Shown here piece by piece: positions 1-13,343 of a stretch of 64,000 nucleotides of DNA. Every line of letters begins with the position of its first letter. Positions within the stretch are counted from its first letter, which is position 1. Below the pieces are notes generated by a model that searched no databases, was not told the DNA's origin, and saw only the letters and a list, made by a program, of their open reading frames with translations. The stretch covers positions 62,001 through 126,000 of the forward strand of contig NC_090602.1 in assembly GCF_000497125.1 (NCBI RefSeq), read 5' to 3'. This DNA is from Spironucleus salmonicida. Lineage: Eukaryota. Both the position numbers and the translations under genes were made by a program.

Positions 1-1501
1 CTAATTAAATTTTTGCCTGTTTAAGGGCTAAATATTCCTCTCTCATAAGTTCTGCTTAAGCATAAATTAGCAAACTCTAATCTGTTGCGGCTCTTGGAAT
101 ATTAAACCCACCAGAATTAAAAAATTCTAAAATTTCTGGTGGAAATACCAACTTACCATCTTCCCCGACCGAACATAAATCTTTATTTCTCTGCCTCTTA
201 CTAAAGTAGTAACAAGTATATTTTTTAAATTTCAGATCTTTCAGATCCTATTAATCGAATTAAGGTATATTTTGTGTTATCTACCCAGACTATAAGTCAT
301 GTCCATCTATGTCTATAACTTCTCTAATATCATCATCTCTAATATGATTAAGAGTGTCAAAACTTACCACCTCCTCAGTTCCGAACTAAAATGTATCTTC
401 TTATTCAGGACCTTCTGCAAATTTAGTCTTAAAAACTTATAATTTACTCTTGGCTGAACACATTACGTAAATACTTTCGCTTGTGCTCACGGCACCTTTC
501 TTACATGATTTCTACAGAGTTCTAATAACCTATGATAAATTATGATCAACTAAATTTTTAGTTAATATATGTCTTAATATGACAAATGCGACATCAGGCA
601 CTTAATTCCCATAAACAGTTTCATCTAAAATCACTTTTTCGATTTCTGCAGTTGGATTTTCAAAAATAATAAGTCCATCATGTTTTCTTGAAGAATAAAA
701 TAATCTCACGTGAGATTTAATACTTTATTGACGTTCTACACCAAAGCAACAACATACTGGCGTATTAATAAGTGTAGATGTATCACCATAATAATCAGGA
801 AAATCTCTTGGCAAAAGCCCTGCAATACCTGGGCATTTGCTTTCAAACCCACGACCTATATTCGTGGGTAATGGTAAATTCATCATGAATCCTTCAAAAA
901 AACAGGCAGTAACTCCTCCTGATGATCCGTCAAAAGGAACAGTCAATGCGCAAAATCTCCTAATAAACTTCCACCAATCATTCTATATCATGAAAGATTT
1001 CACTACTAAACCGCCCATTGAATGTGCAATTAGAGATACTTTCTAATTATTATTTTATGACATTGCGAATTTAATAAGTTTCATGAAAGGTTTCTATATA
1101 ATTGGATTTGATACGTCTTATCTCCAATCATAAGAATATGCAAATAAATTAACACCTGGCGTATAACCTCTAGAAATAAAATAATCTACATAATAATCAA
1201 AATAGTAGCAAATATGTAAAGCCGATGCCAATTTAGTTTCAGTAAGCTATGTATCCATTAAACGATAACAACCATTGATTCCCTCTACAGGTGATACTGT
1301 AGCATAGCCGTAATACTCTTACCATGATTTAAATACTCCGTTCTCAGTGACACCCCACATATTTTTGATTATTGATTTACAAAGTGAGGAAACTGAATAA
1401 TTTTATGGAACCCATATATAATATGGTTTTGAACCCGGTTTAGTACTTTATGACCAAAGTTTCGAGCCAGCTACTCCTGGAACTAAAATTACTGGTTTCA
1501 T
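1..1501 (-). CDS. LCAT / lysosomal phospholipase A2-family acyltransferase (3' end runs off the window)
   Basis: Code-6 ORF starting MKPVILVPGVAGSKLW, with YDWR and the lipase motif IAHSMGG. No in-frame TGA found between ~950 and base 1. Confidence 0.85.
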
Positions 1502-1544
1502 TTTATTTATTAATTACTTTATTTAATATAAATATGTCACTAAA

Positions 1545-2333
1545 ATGTTTAGGAAATTAATAAACAAAATTTCATTTCCAGCAGATGTTCCATAGCAGAA
1601 CTACATCAAATTATATCCTGATTATGTATAGTAACATGAAATCAAAATTAGTAACGCTAAGAGGAGTATTTATTCAGCTTTTGTCCCGTGTAAAACTAAG
1701 ACATAGAAACTCATTATATATGCACATGGTAATGCTGAAACAATTTATCACACCATACCATTGATGGAAGAATATACAGAGAAGTTTTAATGTAATTTTG
1801 TTACATTTGATTATGAAGGGTGCGGTTTGTCTGATGGTAAACCATCAGAATAAGCTTTAATTAGAGCCTCAGAACTAGTCTTTTCTAAATATAGCAATGA
1901 CTATTAAATTATAGTATGGGGAAGATCGATAGGATCAATACCAGCTGCATATTTAGGCAAAAAATACTAGTTAAGGACTATTATTTAGTCTGGGTTAGCA
2001 TCTGCATTTCACGTTGCATTCAATTCAGTAAAAACTAATATAGGGAATGAGTTTATGAATATTAAAAAAGTTCCTTTCATCAATAACCTCCTACTTCTTC
2101 ATGGCACACGAGATAATATTGTTCCTTTTTCCAATGCATAAGAAAACTTTAAATCATGGATATAGGCTCATCCGAATAAGGATATTAACAAATCTGTCAG
2201 TATTTGTCAAGGGATGGACCTATTAAGGTGCGACAGCTGCTACTTTTACATTATTCATGCAGCTGGACATAATGATATAGATTCGTCATATAGCATATAA
2301 TTATAAATAGCAATCTAGGATTTTATTTAGTGA
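1545..2333 (+). CDS. Alpha/beta hydrolase, ABHD17-like
   Basis: Motifs YAHGNAE, FDYEGCGLSDGKPSE, WGRSIGS, HGTRDNIVP, AGHND. Ends TAG-TGA (AGTGA). Confidence 0.85.
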
Positions 2334-2372
2334 TATATTATATAATTTAAAATACTTAATTATTAAATAGAA

Positions 2373-3755
2373 ATGGAATTGTCCCCATCACAACTTCTAC
2401 TATAAGAAAATTAAGGTACAAATTTAAGAATCTATAACCAATGTGTTAATAATTGTAATAAATAAAATTATATTACTAAATAAATGAATTGTCCTTGTTG
2501 TGGGCGATCATAACTTCTAGATGCATTTTACTTTAATATGTTAAATAGAATATCCAATCATTAGTTATATAAAAATTTCGATGTAATTTGTAGAGTAGGT
2601 TCTGGATCTTTTGGTACAGTCATTAAAGTAAAGCATTTTGTAAATAAGCAAGAACTAAATACCTATGCAATTAAGTAAATTCCAATTGATTAATATCAAA
2701 CACCTTGGCTATAAAAAGTATTATCTGAAGTAGAAATTTTGCAAAAACTTTATCATACTAATGTAGTTAGATACTTCTACTCTTGGGTAGAAGAAGTGAA
2801 AACAAATATTAATGATATAAACAGAGAACATCTTATGATATTATTAGAATATGCTAAGGCTGGTTCTTTAACTAACTTAAAATCATCCATTTTAGGGCGT
2901 ATTTTATATGAAGAAGAGTTTATTTATCTGTTAATTTAAGCATCATAGGCTTTAGACCATCTCCACAAGTTATAAATTGTATCAAGAGATATTAAACCTG
3001 AAAATTTTTTGCTTACGGGCAATCTCCCTGAAATAGACAACGAAGCAGTATATGTATTTCGTAATCCTACTATTATTGAATAAAAATAAATTAATAGAGA
3101 TCGTGACCCAGATAATATAAATAAAAGATAGCAGATTGCATATATTAAAGAGTATGGTATTAAAAATCTGGTGTTGAAAATAGCAGATTTTGGTCAAATG
3201 GGTGATGGAGTTTCAGCAGGAACAGAAATATTAACCGCTCCAGAAGTATTAATTAGTGGAAAACATACATTCAGTTCAGATATCTTTTCTCTAGGGCTTA
3301 GTTTTATATAATTAGTAACAAATATAGAACTGACCTCAGATGTCTAAAAATATTAACTGGAACTGTAAACTCAATTTGATAATCTTAATTATTCATAAGA
3401 ATGTAAACTATTAATGAAATAGATGTTGAATAATAGAATACCAGCATCTGATATTGTTAAGATTGGATTGTTATTATAAAATAATTTTTGTCAAGAAAAA
3501 CGTATAGAAGTAATATAAGAGGAATATGCGTATAAAATCAATCCATATAATTATAAATAAAATAATTTTTCGTAATATTCAAATACATAACCAGAAATTC
3601 CTTCCAATATTCCAGATACAACTATATAATCATTACCTTTAAAACCTAGTTAATTTTTACCGTTTAAAGGGTTAGTTGAACAAATAAAGCTATTCTAGAA
3701 TATTTTACTTGTTATCATTATAGTTCTTGAAATATTAATTATTTTAAGATAGTGA
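2373..3755 (+). CDS. Ser/Thr protein kinase with C-terminal hydrophobic tail (possibly IKS1-like)
   Basis: GSGSFG, AIK, SRDIKPEN, DFG, APE, DIFSLG; C-terminal ILLVIIIVLEILIIL. Confidence 0.8.
3751..3755 (+). terminator. AGTGA stop / polyadenylation-signal motif (representative of more than 20 gene ends)
   Basis: TGA is preceded by AG at the end of many CDSs on both strands. Confidence 0.6.
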
Positions 3756-3761
3756 TAAATT

Positions 3762-5543
3762 TCATTCTTCGTCTGGAAAATCAATATTAAAATTTACTAC
3801 TGATTAAATTGAACCTTTTCGTTCATATGATGATAATTAGTCTATTGTCTAGTCATTACTAATATCAAATGAATTTCTGATCACACTATTTTATTTTTCT
3901 TTTTAAATTAAATTTTAATGGAAATTAGAATCATTATAATAATAAACTAACAATTAAGAAAGTAAATCAATATATTTTCGTGAATTGACTATTATACTCA
4001 ATTTTTTTAATCGTTATAATAATCCATTTTACTTTTCATCATGTGAATATATATGTTAAAACTGCTTTTAAAAATTACTTAATTCAATATTAAGGACAAA
4101 AGAGCAAATGGAATCGCAATCATTTTGGTTAATAATTTTATTTTATAAATAATGGCTAGCTTATTAATAAACTAAATGTTTTATTATTGCTGATAAAGAT
4201 AATACTTCTTCTGAATTTATATTAAAGCTATTAACCATCTAGAGGACATCACATTCATTTTAAATAAATAAATGATCAATTTTATATTAATTTTAAATTA
4301 AATATGCATATACTGTTTACAACTTTACTATTTCAATATTAGTAATATTTTATTTTTAATTCTATAATAAGCTTTTTAAATTATTATTCTCATAAACTTA
4401 TGATAATGAGTCAAAAAACTATAATTCATTGTACTGCCTATAAATTATTATAGCACATTATTAAGTTAGCTGGTTATAATCTTATGTATCAATTTAAACA
4501 CTAAATTTATACTACTTAATTAGACCGATCAAACTCAAGTGAAATATTTACTCTACAAACTCTGATCGAGATAATTTTTTGCCGAATATCTATTGAGAAA
4601 ATGCAGTAACCAATATATCAATTGATTTTTATTTTATATGATCTAGACATACTAAGTAATTACTTATCAATTAAGGGCTATCATCATCAAACCCAAAAAC
4701 TTCTACTAATTTTTTTAATTCTAAAGGCTGAAATATAATATACTTTTATATTTCTTATGTTTAATCTACTAATGAATACCATTCTAATTTTAACCTATTT
4801 AATTAAATTGTCATAAACTGTATTAATTATACCAAAAACTCGAATGTAATATAATTCTAAACACAATATATTGTTAATGTTATTTTTTATGAGTCAATCT
4901 TCTTATCAAAATTATATCTCTCGGTTAATTGATACTACTATAATCTATAATATGTACATAACTTATTTATAATTTTAATAATATTTATTTCTGATTTTAA
5001 TAAGGTTTTAGCAAAAAATTACATATTTTTATAAATTTTTAATCTGTAAACATAGTCTCTGTACTCATAATTTGTAAAATTCTAATAAAACTAGCTTCTA
5101 TTTTCAAAAGGCTTCTTAAAAAAAATTAATGATACAATTTATAATAATCTTCTTAGAAAATAGACACAAAACTATTATGTTTAGAAAAAAGTTACTAATG
5201 TTGGAAATTATAACCAGTCAATACAATTTCTTTATGAGTGAGAATCAGTATTCTTTGTTACTGTTGTAACAAATATTGGTTTACTAATAATTATATTAGA
5301 TATTTAATTCCAAATTATCAATTATTAGTCTGGTATATCATATACATTGACTTCCATTATATCTTCCTCTGAAAATACTTTCACTGATTTAGTTTAGATA
5401 AAAAAATTTGATAAGGGTTGGTCAATTTCTTCTAAAATGACTGAAAGCCATTTTAATATATCTAAAATGAGCTTTGAATCTTAAATATCATTATTATTTA
5501 GTATGTAATCAGAAATTGTTGCCGATCTGCATCGCGTAAACAT
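3762..5543 (-). CDS. Hypothetical protein (~590 aa)
   Basis: Long code-6 ORF; start and TGA share a frame. Start uncertain (in-frame ATG also at 5651). Confidence 0.5.
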
Positions 5544-5644
5544 TCTAAATCCAAATTTAAAATATTGTATATAATATTATTTATTACATTTAAAAATCTT
5601 AGTGATCTCTATGGTATATAATTATTTAAAATATGTATTTAGAA

Positions 5645-6592
5645 ATGTCATTTAATTTTCAAACTTTGAATAAATTAAATAAATTGCTATCCTAATCTTA
5701 GTAAGTGACAAAAATTACTTACCAATCGCCAGTTAAAGCGATTATTAACTCAAATTAGCAAAATCTATCATCTTATTGCAATAATTTTACTAGAACAAAA
5801 TCCACCATAAAATTAGAGAAAATGAAAAAAGAAAATGAAATATCTGCAGAATAATTAATCCTATCATTATATGATTCTCCTAAACTTATACCAAACAAGG
5901 AATCTTTATCCAGCTTTTGTTCAAAGACCCCATAGCTTAGATTATCGTAGTTTTTAAATACTGCTGAAAACCTTTAAATAAAATTAGGTAATAAGTTTTA
6001 ATAAGTAAACATTTAAAACACTAAATAACCCGCTCTATTTTTCCATAAGGCAAACGGATTATCCAACTATTCTACGACACCAAATTTGTCTCGAATTGAA
6101 ATCTTATAAAAAACTTTTTTAGAAAAACTTTGTGATGCCTTGATATAAGTTAAATTTCCCAATGAACCTGAATTTGAATATTTTTAAGTGTAAGAAGTCT
6201 TTATTGAATTTTCTGAAAAATGGTTTGCATTTAAATAATTATATGGTTACAAATCATTATTATCTCTTGCTCATCACTTTTCAGTTGCCAAAAACTTGAA
6301 GTCATAACTATTTGATAAATTTTCACCATCTTAATATCATAAGGATTGCTCGTTTAAATAAGATAAATCGATAATCAGGCATCCTGATGTTGTCGTAAAA
6401 TCTGTACACAGAAAATAATTTTAGATTTTCCTAGAGTTACATTAAAATGTTGATTATGAAAAAATTCTTATGAAAAAACGACGTGAAAAAGTGAAATAAT
6501 AAAAAGAACATGAACGAAAATTAAAGGATAAATCTTCCGAAGAATAGCGCTATCTACGACGACGAGTAACACGATTAGGATTAAATAAATGA
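5645..6592 (+). CDS. Hypothetical protein with basic coiled-coil C-terminus
   Basis: Open code-6 frame from ATG 5645 (alternative 5822) to TGA 6590-6592. Confidence 0.55.
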
Positions 6593-6807
6593 AATGTATT
6601 ATTATATTTAAATTATTATATATTAAATAAGAATTCTTTTTAAAATTTCTTTCCTTTAGGATAATGCCATGTAAAACACCTAGTCTGTTTGCGCGTATTA
6701 GGTACCATTAAGCAGAAATAGTTGAAGACATATACGTACTGAAATTCGTCTTCTTCATAAATTTTCAATTATATTTAATCATATATTTATTTACTTTCTT
6801 TTTATAA

Positions 6808-7107
6808 ATGATAAAGCTACCGTAAGTTTTCTCAGTTTAAAGATCTCGGATTGCATCTCCTGCTAAAACTAGTTTGTTTTATTCTAACAATTAAGAGCCT
6901 TTATATTTAGTAGGGAATAGCTATGACGAAAAATACGTTGTTAACACTTTTTCCTAAAATGTTTAACATCAAATTATTTCGTCACTATAACCTTACAAAG
7001 TACCTTTTCAGTAACCATAAACCCAATTTGTCTTCTAAAATGCATATTAAAAGAGGAAACTCTAAAAGAAGATTGATGCTTTATAAATAACAGTTGGATT
7101 TGAGTGA
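6808..7107 (+). CDS. Small hypothetical protein (99 aa)
   Basis: MIKLPQVF...VGFE*, ends in AGTGA, preceded by an AT-rich tract. Confidence 0.5.
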
Positions 7108-7153
7108 TTCCAAAAATTTATATTTTTTAAGTGTTATTTGCTATATATAAATT

Positions 7154-7226
7154 TACGCCCTACGGGACTCGAACCCGCAATCTTTGGATCCGAAGTCCAA
7201 CGCATTGTCCATTCTGCTAAGGGCGC
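7154..7226 (-). tRNA. tRNA-Arg (anticodon UCG)
   Basis: Acceptor GCGCCCT/AGGGCGT, anticodon arm TTGGA-CT-TCG-GA-TCCAA, T-loop GGTTCGAGTCC. Confidence 0.95.
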
Positions 7227-7317
7227 ATAGATTAAATATATCTATAAAGCTAGAATAGTTAAATATATCATATTTTTCTATTATTTTTATAAAAGAAATT
7301 CTATAGAATAAATTAAA

Positions 7318-8982
7318 TCACTGAATCATCTTACTCATATAAACACCATCCAACTAATATCCCCATTTTGAATAGTATCCTCTAGTACCAACACCCGCAA
7401 TAACAGTAACTTTGCAACTTTTATGCTCAATCCTAGCTATTTTCTCCGCTTCGGCAATTAAAATTTTACCTACGCCTCTATGCTACTCTGAAAAACTCTT
7501 TTTACTAACACCTACAGCTTATCCATAGACGTGAACTTCTCTAATTAAGCTGACTGCTCCACGTAATTCAGCTCGGATTCCAGATGCTGCTGGCTTGCCA
7601 CCTCTCGGCAATAATCTTAAACGCAACAATCCATGCAGAACAGGTGGATTTTTTGCATCACTTGGCTACTCTAAGCTTAAAAATGTTTCAATTGAGCCTG
7701 AGCATGAATAATCTCTTCTTACAATTTCTAGTTAGTTTCTACCGAAGAATGAATTTTTAACATCAAATTTTCTTTGCATTTCTGCAGACTTAGTACCAAT
7801 AATACCAACTTCTCTTTGGCGAATTTCCATTGAAACTCTTCCTCTTCTAGTTAATTCAGCCAGTGCCTCCTCTCTGAGATTGGCACTTTCAACTCCAGAT
7901 GTAACTAATGGTAAAGGTATATCCCTCATAATTCTATAAATACGTACATACGGTGGAGTAATACAAAGCATATCTGCCAAAAGCTAAATTAGTTCATTAT
8001 GAGGCAATCTACGCTTATATTTACCAGTACGCCAGTCTTCATAAAGTTTAGTACCTCTAATAACCAAAGTAGGATATATTTTTAATCCGTCTGGCCTGTA
8101 ACGAATTTGTGTAAATAATTCTTAAAAACCTCTGATATCTCTTTCTACAGTAGTCAATGGTAAATTTGGCATCATATGAGCTATCATTTTAAATCCAGCG
8201 TCTCTCGATTATCCAAAACAGCGTGCGGTAGCACGAGACGTATGACCACGATTAATATGGGCGATAACATCAGGATATACAGATTAAACACCAATTTCTA
8301 ACCTAGTAGTACCATAACGCAGCATTTGAGCAATATGTCGTGGTTCACAATAATCTGGTCTAGTTTCTATAGTAAGAGCCACAAGCTTTTGGTGTGAAAC
8401 TTCAGCATTTTATACTGCTTCATTTACTGTTTCTGCAGTATAGCCAGTGATGCCCTGATAAATACCTTTAATAAAAAAATCGCGGTACGTTTAGTCTAAA
8501 CTCATAAAAGTTCCACCCATCAAAACGACTTCATATTTTCCAGCATCATGACCAAGAGATTTTAGTTGTTCTAATCGACCTCTTGTCTGCTCCACAGGGT
8601 CGTAACGGGCCCTGATTGCACGCATTGAAGTCGGCTCATAACCAGTATAACTTTGGCTTGAATACTAGAAATCTGAGTCAGCGCCTCCACCGCAGTAGGT
8701 GCAAGATGAGCCAGTTTTGGCTTACTACGGGCATCTATGTGGTTTGCACATTACTGCTATAACCTGCACTCCAGATGCAGATCTTACTGGCTTTTTTAGC
8801 AAAATAGAGTGGAAAGAATATGGTAATAATGGTAGAAGCTGAGCTAATTATGGCTGGGTGTCCAGCTAGAACTTTTCAGCCGTTTTAGCAGCAACATGTA
8901 TTGCAAATGTCTTCGTGACTGAGCCTTTAGAGCGGTACTACTATATGATTTACTCGGCTATGAATTCTAACGGGGTCGTCAT
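7318..8982 (-). CDS. ELP3: Elongator complex catalytic subunit (radical SAM + GNAT)
   Basis: [56 protein letters not shown]-like segment, C-terminal [11 protein letters not shown]. Confidence 0.95.
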
Positions 8983-9073
8983 TAAGGAGTAAACAATTAG
9001 TATAATTTATATAATATTGTATAATAATATATAATAACATTTTGTATATATTCTGCAAATTTAGTATACAAAA

Positions 9074-10255
9074 TCACTAAATTTTATCAAATTGCTTTGA
9101 GAGCCAACGTACTGTTTCTTTGATATTTTCAGTTTTCTCCTCAAATTTTTCATTTTAGTGTTTCATTTCTTGATGTAATTTTTTATTGTCAAAAGTAGAG
9201 TTTCTGTAAAAGCTTTGAATATCAGAAAACTCTTTCTATATCTGTATCATTTACGTTTAAAGTTATCTTACTATTTATAGCTAACAGTCCCAAGATTTTT
9301 TATTTTCTACTTAAAGACAGAATCCAGTTCTCTCCTACAGCTACTTCACGACTACTCGCATATCGAAATCTGTAATTTGGCATTTTTAGTGGAAGTAATT
9401 ATCCAAACATTACTTTCTGAACTATGTTTCAGCTTAAACTGCATAGGTATTAATAAATATATTTAAATCGCGCATATATTTCAAATATTTACGAAAATTG
9501 GGTTTCTGCACCAATAAAGGAGGTTAGATAACAATAATTCTAGACAGTTACTAAATAACCTCCAGCCGCGAATCTACTAAATTTTAAAATTAGAACTCTT
9601 TAAATTTGGAGTACTTTTGGTCTAATTTATCTATTTTTTAAAGATAGGTCTTATGCTTCAATTTAGCTTCTTCAACATTAGATTCTAGTTAGAACTACTT
9701 TGCACAGCTAGTGTAGCCTTCCTCACAACTTTCTGATCGTGTATATAAGCATAAACTACACAATTCTCCAAATTAGTTAACTTCACATAAATTCAAATTA
9801 TGAACATATACATATTTTTTATGTTTACATAAAAGATCTATAACTTACATTTTTTAACTATCGTAGTGCACAATTTCCACTGTTTTAAAAATATTTAAAT
9901 CCATCTTGCAAAATTCTGCCCATGGTTAAAATGTTGGCGAAACTTCAAAAAAATTTGTATTTTTCGCAAATTATTCAATATACTCTAAATTTTCTTTTAT
10001 CTACGCATTAAATTATTCAGTAATAATATAAATTTCTTCAATTTTTAGCTATACTTTGTCTAACTTGACTGCTGGATTTTTAGTTAACTCCAATAATTAT
10101 GGATTAGTAATACTTAGAAGTGGTTATACATTATTAACAAATTATTCATATAAAAACAAAAGTGGATCTGTTGGAGATAATTCTTATAATGTAGAAATAA
10201 GTTATTAGGCCAATGATTATAACTAAAGCATTTCCTATGGATAAATTACATCCAT
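9074..10255 (-). CDS. Hypothetical protein with degenerate IQ-like motifs
   Basis: ~393-aa code-6 ORF ending TAG-TGA; several IQ/VQ-xxx-R segments. Confidence 0.5.
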
Positions 10256-10353
10256 GTTTTTAATCTATTAATAATATTAATATAATATATATGATATTCA
10301 AAATGGTCAGCTTCTAAATCTTAAAAAATATATATGTTATAAAATACTGATTA

Positions 10354-10701
10354 TCATTATCTAAACTATATTACAGATTCATAAACTTTAACAGGCGACT
10401 TTAGTCCATAAATTTCAACTGAATCAATCTAGTCCAATTCAATCTTTTTGAGATGTTTTCTTTGCCCTCTTTAAATGGGATTTTTTTTATTGACAAGTTT
10501 TTCTTTTTATCTTACAGGACTTACATAATTAAAAATTTCAAACTCTTAGCCAGTTTTTATTGTGACCTTAGGAGGTGCCATAATATTCAATTCATATTTT
10601 CTTAAATTTGGAAGCTTAGTAAAATAAATCTGAGCATTCATTTCTAAATCAACGTCTTAATCTAACGGCAATTACATTTGGTTTTCTTTGCTATTATTCA
10701 T
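10354..10701 (-). CDS. Small hypothetical protein (115 aa)
   Basis: ORF MNNSKENQM...QFRQ*. Confidence 0.45.
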
Positions 10702-10840
10702 TTTTTAAATTATATATTAAATATAGTAATATTCTTAATAAATATGATTTTAAAATAAGTATAACATTTAATGAAAGTTCAATTTATTTGATTAGTACAT
10801 TAATGAACATAAAATTTGTTTAATATTAAAATAATATCAT

Positions 10841-13270
10841 TCAATACTAGTTCCATAACTCCCAAAAAATAGTTAAATCCTAACTAACCCAACTACATGA
10901 AATAACTTCTTGTTGTTTTTCTAAATCTACATTTCTATAACAAACATTGACAAATTTGTCTGGATTTTATATAATGTAATCAAAACAACTAGATGTTGCC
11001 GTATAAATAGAGTGGTCAACTCTCATACGTTCATTATCACACTAAAAGTCACCATATTTGCCGGACATGCATGCAATTGCAAGAAAAACTAAGAGATCAG
11101 AATTAAATTCAAATTTAGTCGGATGTTGCATAATAACCTAATATACAGCATCTAAAAACTAAAAGAAAATAGGAGATGTTTAAGACGCAGAGAAACGTAG
11201 ATTTGACTATTTGAGCGGTAATTACTTAGGATCTTATCCATTTATAATATCAGTAGATCTTTCTTCAAATGTATTATTAATATTAAACTCCTCTACGTAA
11301 CTAAAGTATTCTTTATCCTTTCTTCTTGATGCCTTGGTACTAGCAAATTAACGATTTCTAGTCGCAAACATGTGGCCAAAACTCAACCATTCTTTCTAAA
11401 TAAGGATTAAAAATCCACGAATTGTCCGATAGTAATTATCCATTAACAGCATTGAGATAGAAGTTAATTATGACGTCCTGTCCCAACCGTCCGAGCAATG
11501 AACCATCACACTCTGTTTTTACTCAGTTATTAATTAGGCTATTGAGTTTGAACTAAATAATATCAATTATAAATGATCAAACCATTTCGATGAATAAAAA
11601 ACTCTATATATTTCGCTTTTAGTACCTTCCTACTAAATAATATCCTAGATTCTCGAAAAATCTCGCATATTTTCAGCACTTTCTTTCCCTGATAGATAAT
11701 CATACAAACCTTTCGCTATAATCTCTTAACTATCTCTAATTGCATGAATATTCTAAATACCACAGTAGTATGTTTATGCAAATGGGTACGCACTTTTACT
11801 TTCAAAACCTTTACCAGAAAGAACATTTCCAATTGCTGAAATTTTTGGTCTAGCATCAAAAACTATTAGTTTGTTATTACTCATTTCCTTTAATAATTTC
11901 TCATCTTCGTTTTCTCTTGATAGACCAAATCCTGAGCCAGGTTATGCAGATCGTGATAAAGTAGCTGATTTATAATTATAAGATAATGTACATGCTCTTC
12001 CACGTGAACGGAATTTCATTGCTCGTACAATATCACTATCAGATAACGCTATAGGTACAGCTAAAATACACGGATATGTTGGAGAATGGAGATAATTAGT
12101 ATTTAAATAAGATATTTTTATATTGTTCATTAATTATGGAGAGTGCAAGGAATCAAATTTTGGGAGCTTATTACTAATAAAATTTTTCAAATGATATCTT
12201 AACACTGGTGACTACAAAAAATAAGTGCTCTTAAAAAATAGTCCGTGACCATATGATTCTGACGCAAATACTAAAGGGTGCTATAAAACTTAGGGTTAAG
12301 AAGCCGTGTTTTATTAAAACTACTATTTAACTGCATTCTTGATATTTTTGAATATTGATTTTGTTTATGCAATTAACGCAGGTTATGAATCAGAAGCTTC
12401 TTCTGATAATTTCTCATCTTAAATTAGTTATTCTTTCAACTCCTTTTATGTAATTTCGTAATTTTATAAAAATTCTTTTGTATTTTAAGGATGTGCCTCC
12501 AATGTGGTGTAAAACTATTGGTCTGAATCAAATAAACAACGTGGATCATAATAAAAATTAATGAGTTAATTCGAAAATTCTTCTCCATATTTAATATTCT
12601 ATATATTCTACGTTAAAAGCGCACTTGCTGACTTTAAATAATGTTCTGGTTTGTATTATGGTTTAGTATTTAATAAATATGCTAATAAATGTTAATCAAT
12701 AATCTAACCAAATATCATAGTTGCCAATTATTCTGTTGATGGTAAGCTTATTTTAACTCCTAATCTAGAGTATTCCATAAACGGATCATATAAAAATCTC
12801 CCATTTTCTACTTTCTATACCTGGAGATCTTTAAATAATCGCTTATTTTAATAAGAGTATATTACTGATAAATGATTTAAAGTTCCTTATTAAATATATA
12901 TCTTTTGCACAGCTCTAAAATCCCAAAATATTTAAAACTTAGAAAACTCTGGCGACATAAAACCATGTATCATAGCAATCCCTTTAGTTATATTTCCACT
13001 GATAGTAAACTGCAATACAGAGAAAGTTTTAAAAAGGATAGATTTATCCTCTTAAATTTTTATATCTTTAATAAATCTTAGAGGAAGCTACAATAAACAA
13101 AATTAAGGAGTTTAAAATAATAATTTAAAATTAGTTACTACAAGCTGCCCATTTTAATTATATGGAATTATGCCTGGTATATTTTATTTAGTATTGAAAG
13201 GTTTCATTTATATCTATGATGTTAAATTAACAATATCTGATTTATAGACAAATATTTCATTTTAAATCAT
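10841..13270 (-). CDS. Myotubularin-family phosphoinositide 3-phosphatase
   Basis: Catalytic VHCSDGWDRTSQ (~11470-11510), PTYP, FRSRGR, DARPK, WLSFGHMF. Confidence 0.9.
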
Positions 13271-13330
13271 ATTTAGTTAATTTAATTTAACGTATTATTT
13301 TATTAATATATAATACTTCTCTACTAATTT

Positions 13331-13340
13331 TTCACTCCAC
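13331..13340 (+). promoter_or_regulatory. C-rich start-proximal motif (CAYTCCAC-like)
   Basis: TTCACTCCAC here; similar motifs before ATGs at ~29751, ~39036, ~48151 and on the minus strand before SRP68 (GCCATTCCAC-ATG). Confidence 0.55.
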
Positions 13341-13343
13341 GAA

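Noticed and set aside
702-717. 16-bp perfect palindrome AATCTCACGTGAGATT
   Set aside because: Inside the LCAT CDS; about one such palindrome is expected by chance in 64 kb.
5659-6012. 117-aa minus-strand ORF
   Set aside because: Entirely antisense to the longer + ORF 5645-6592; likely a shadow, since only TGA stops.
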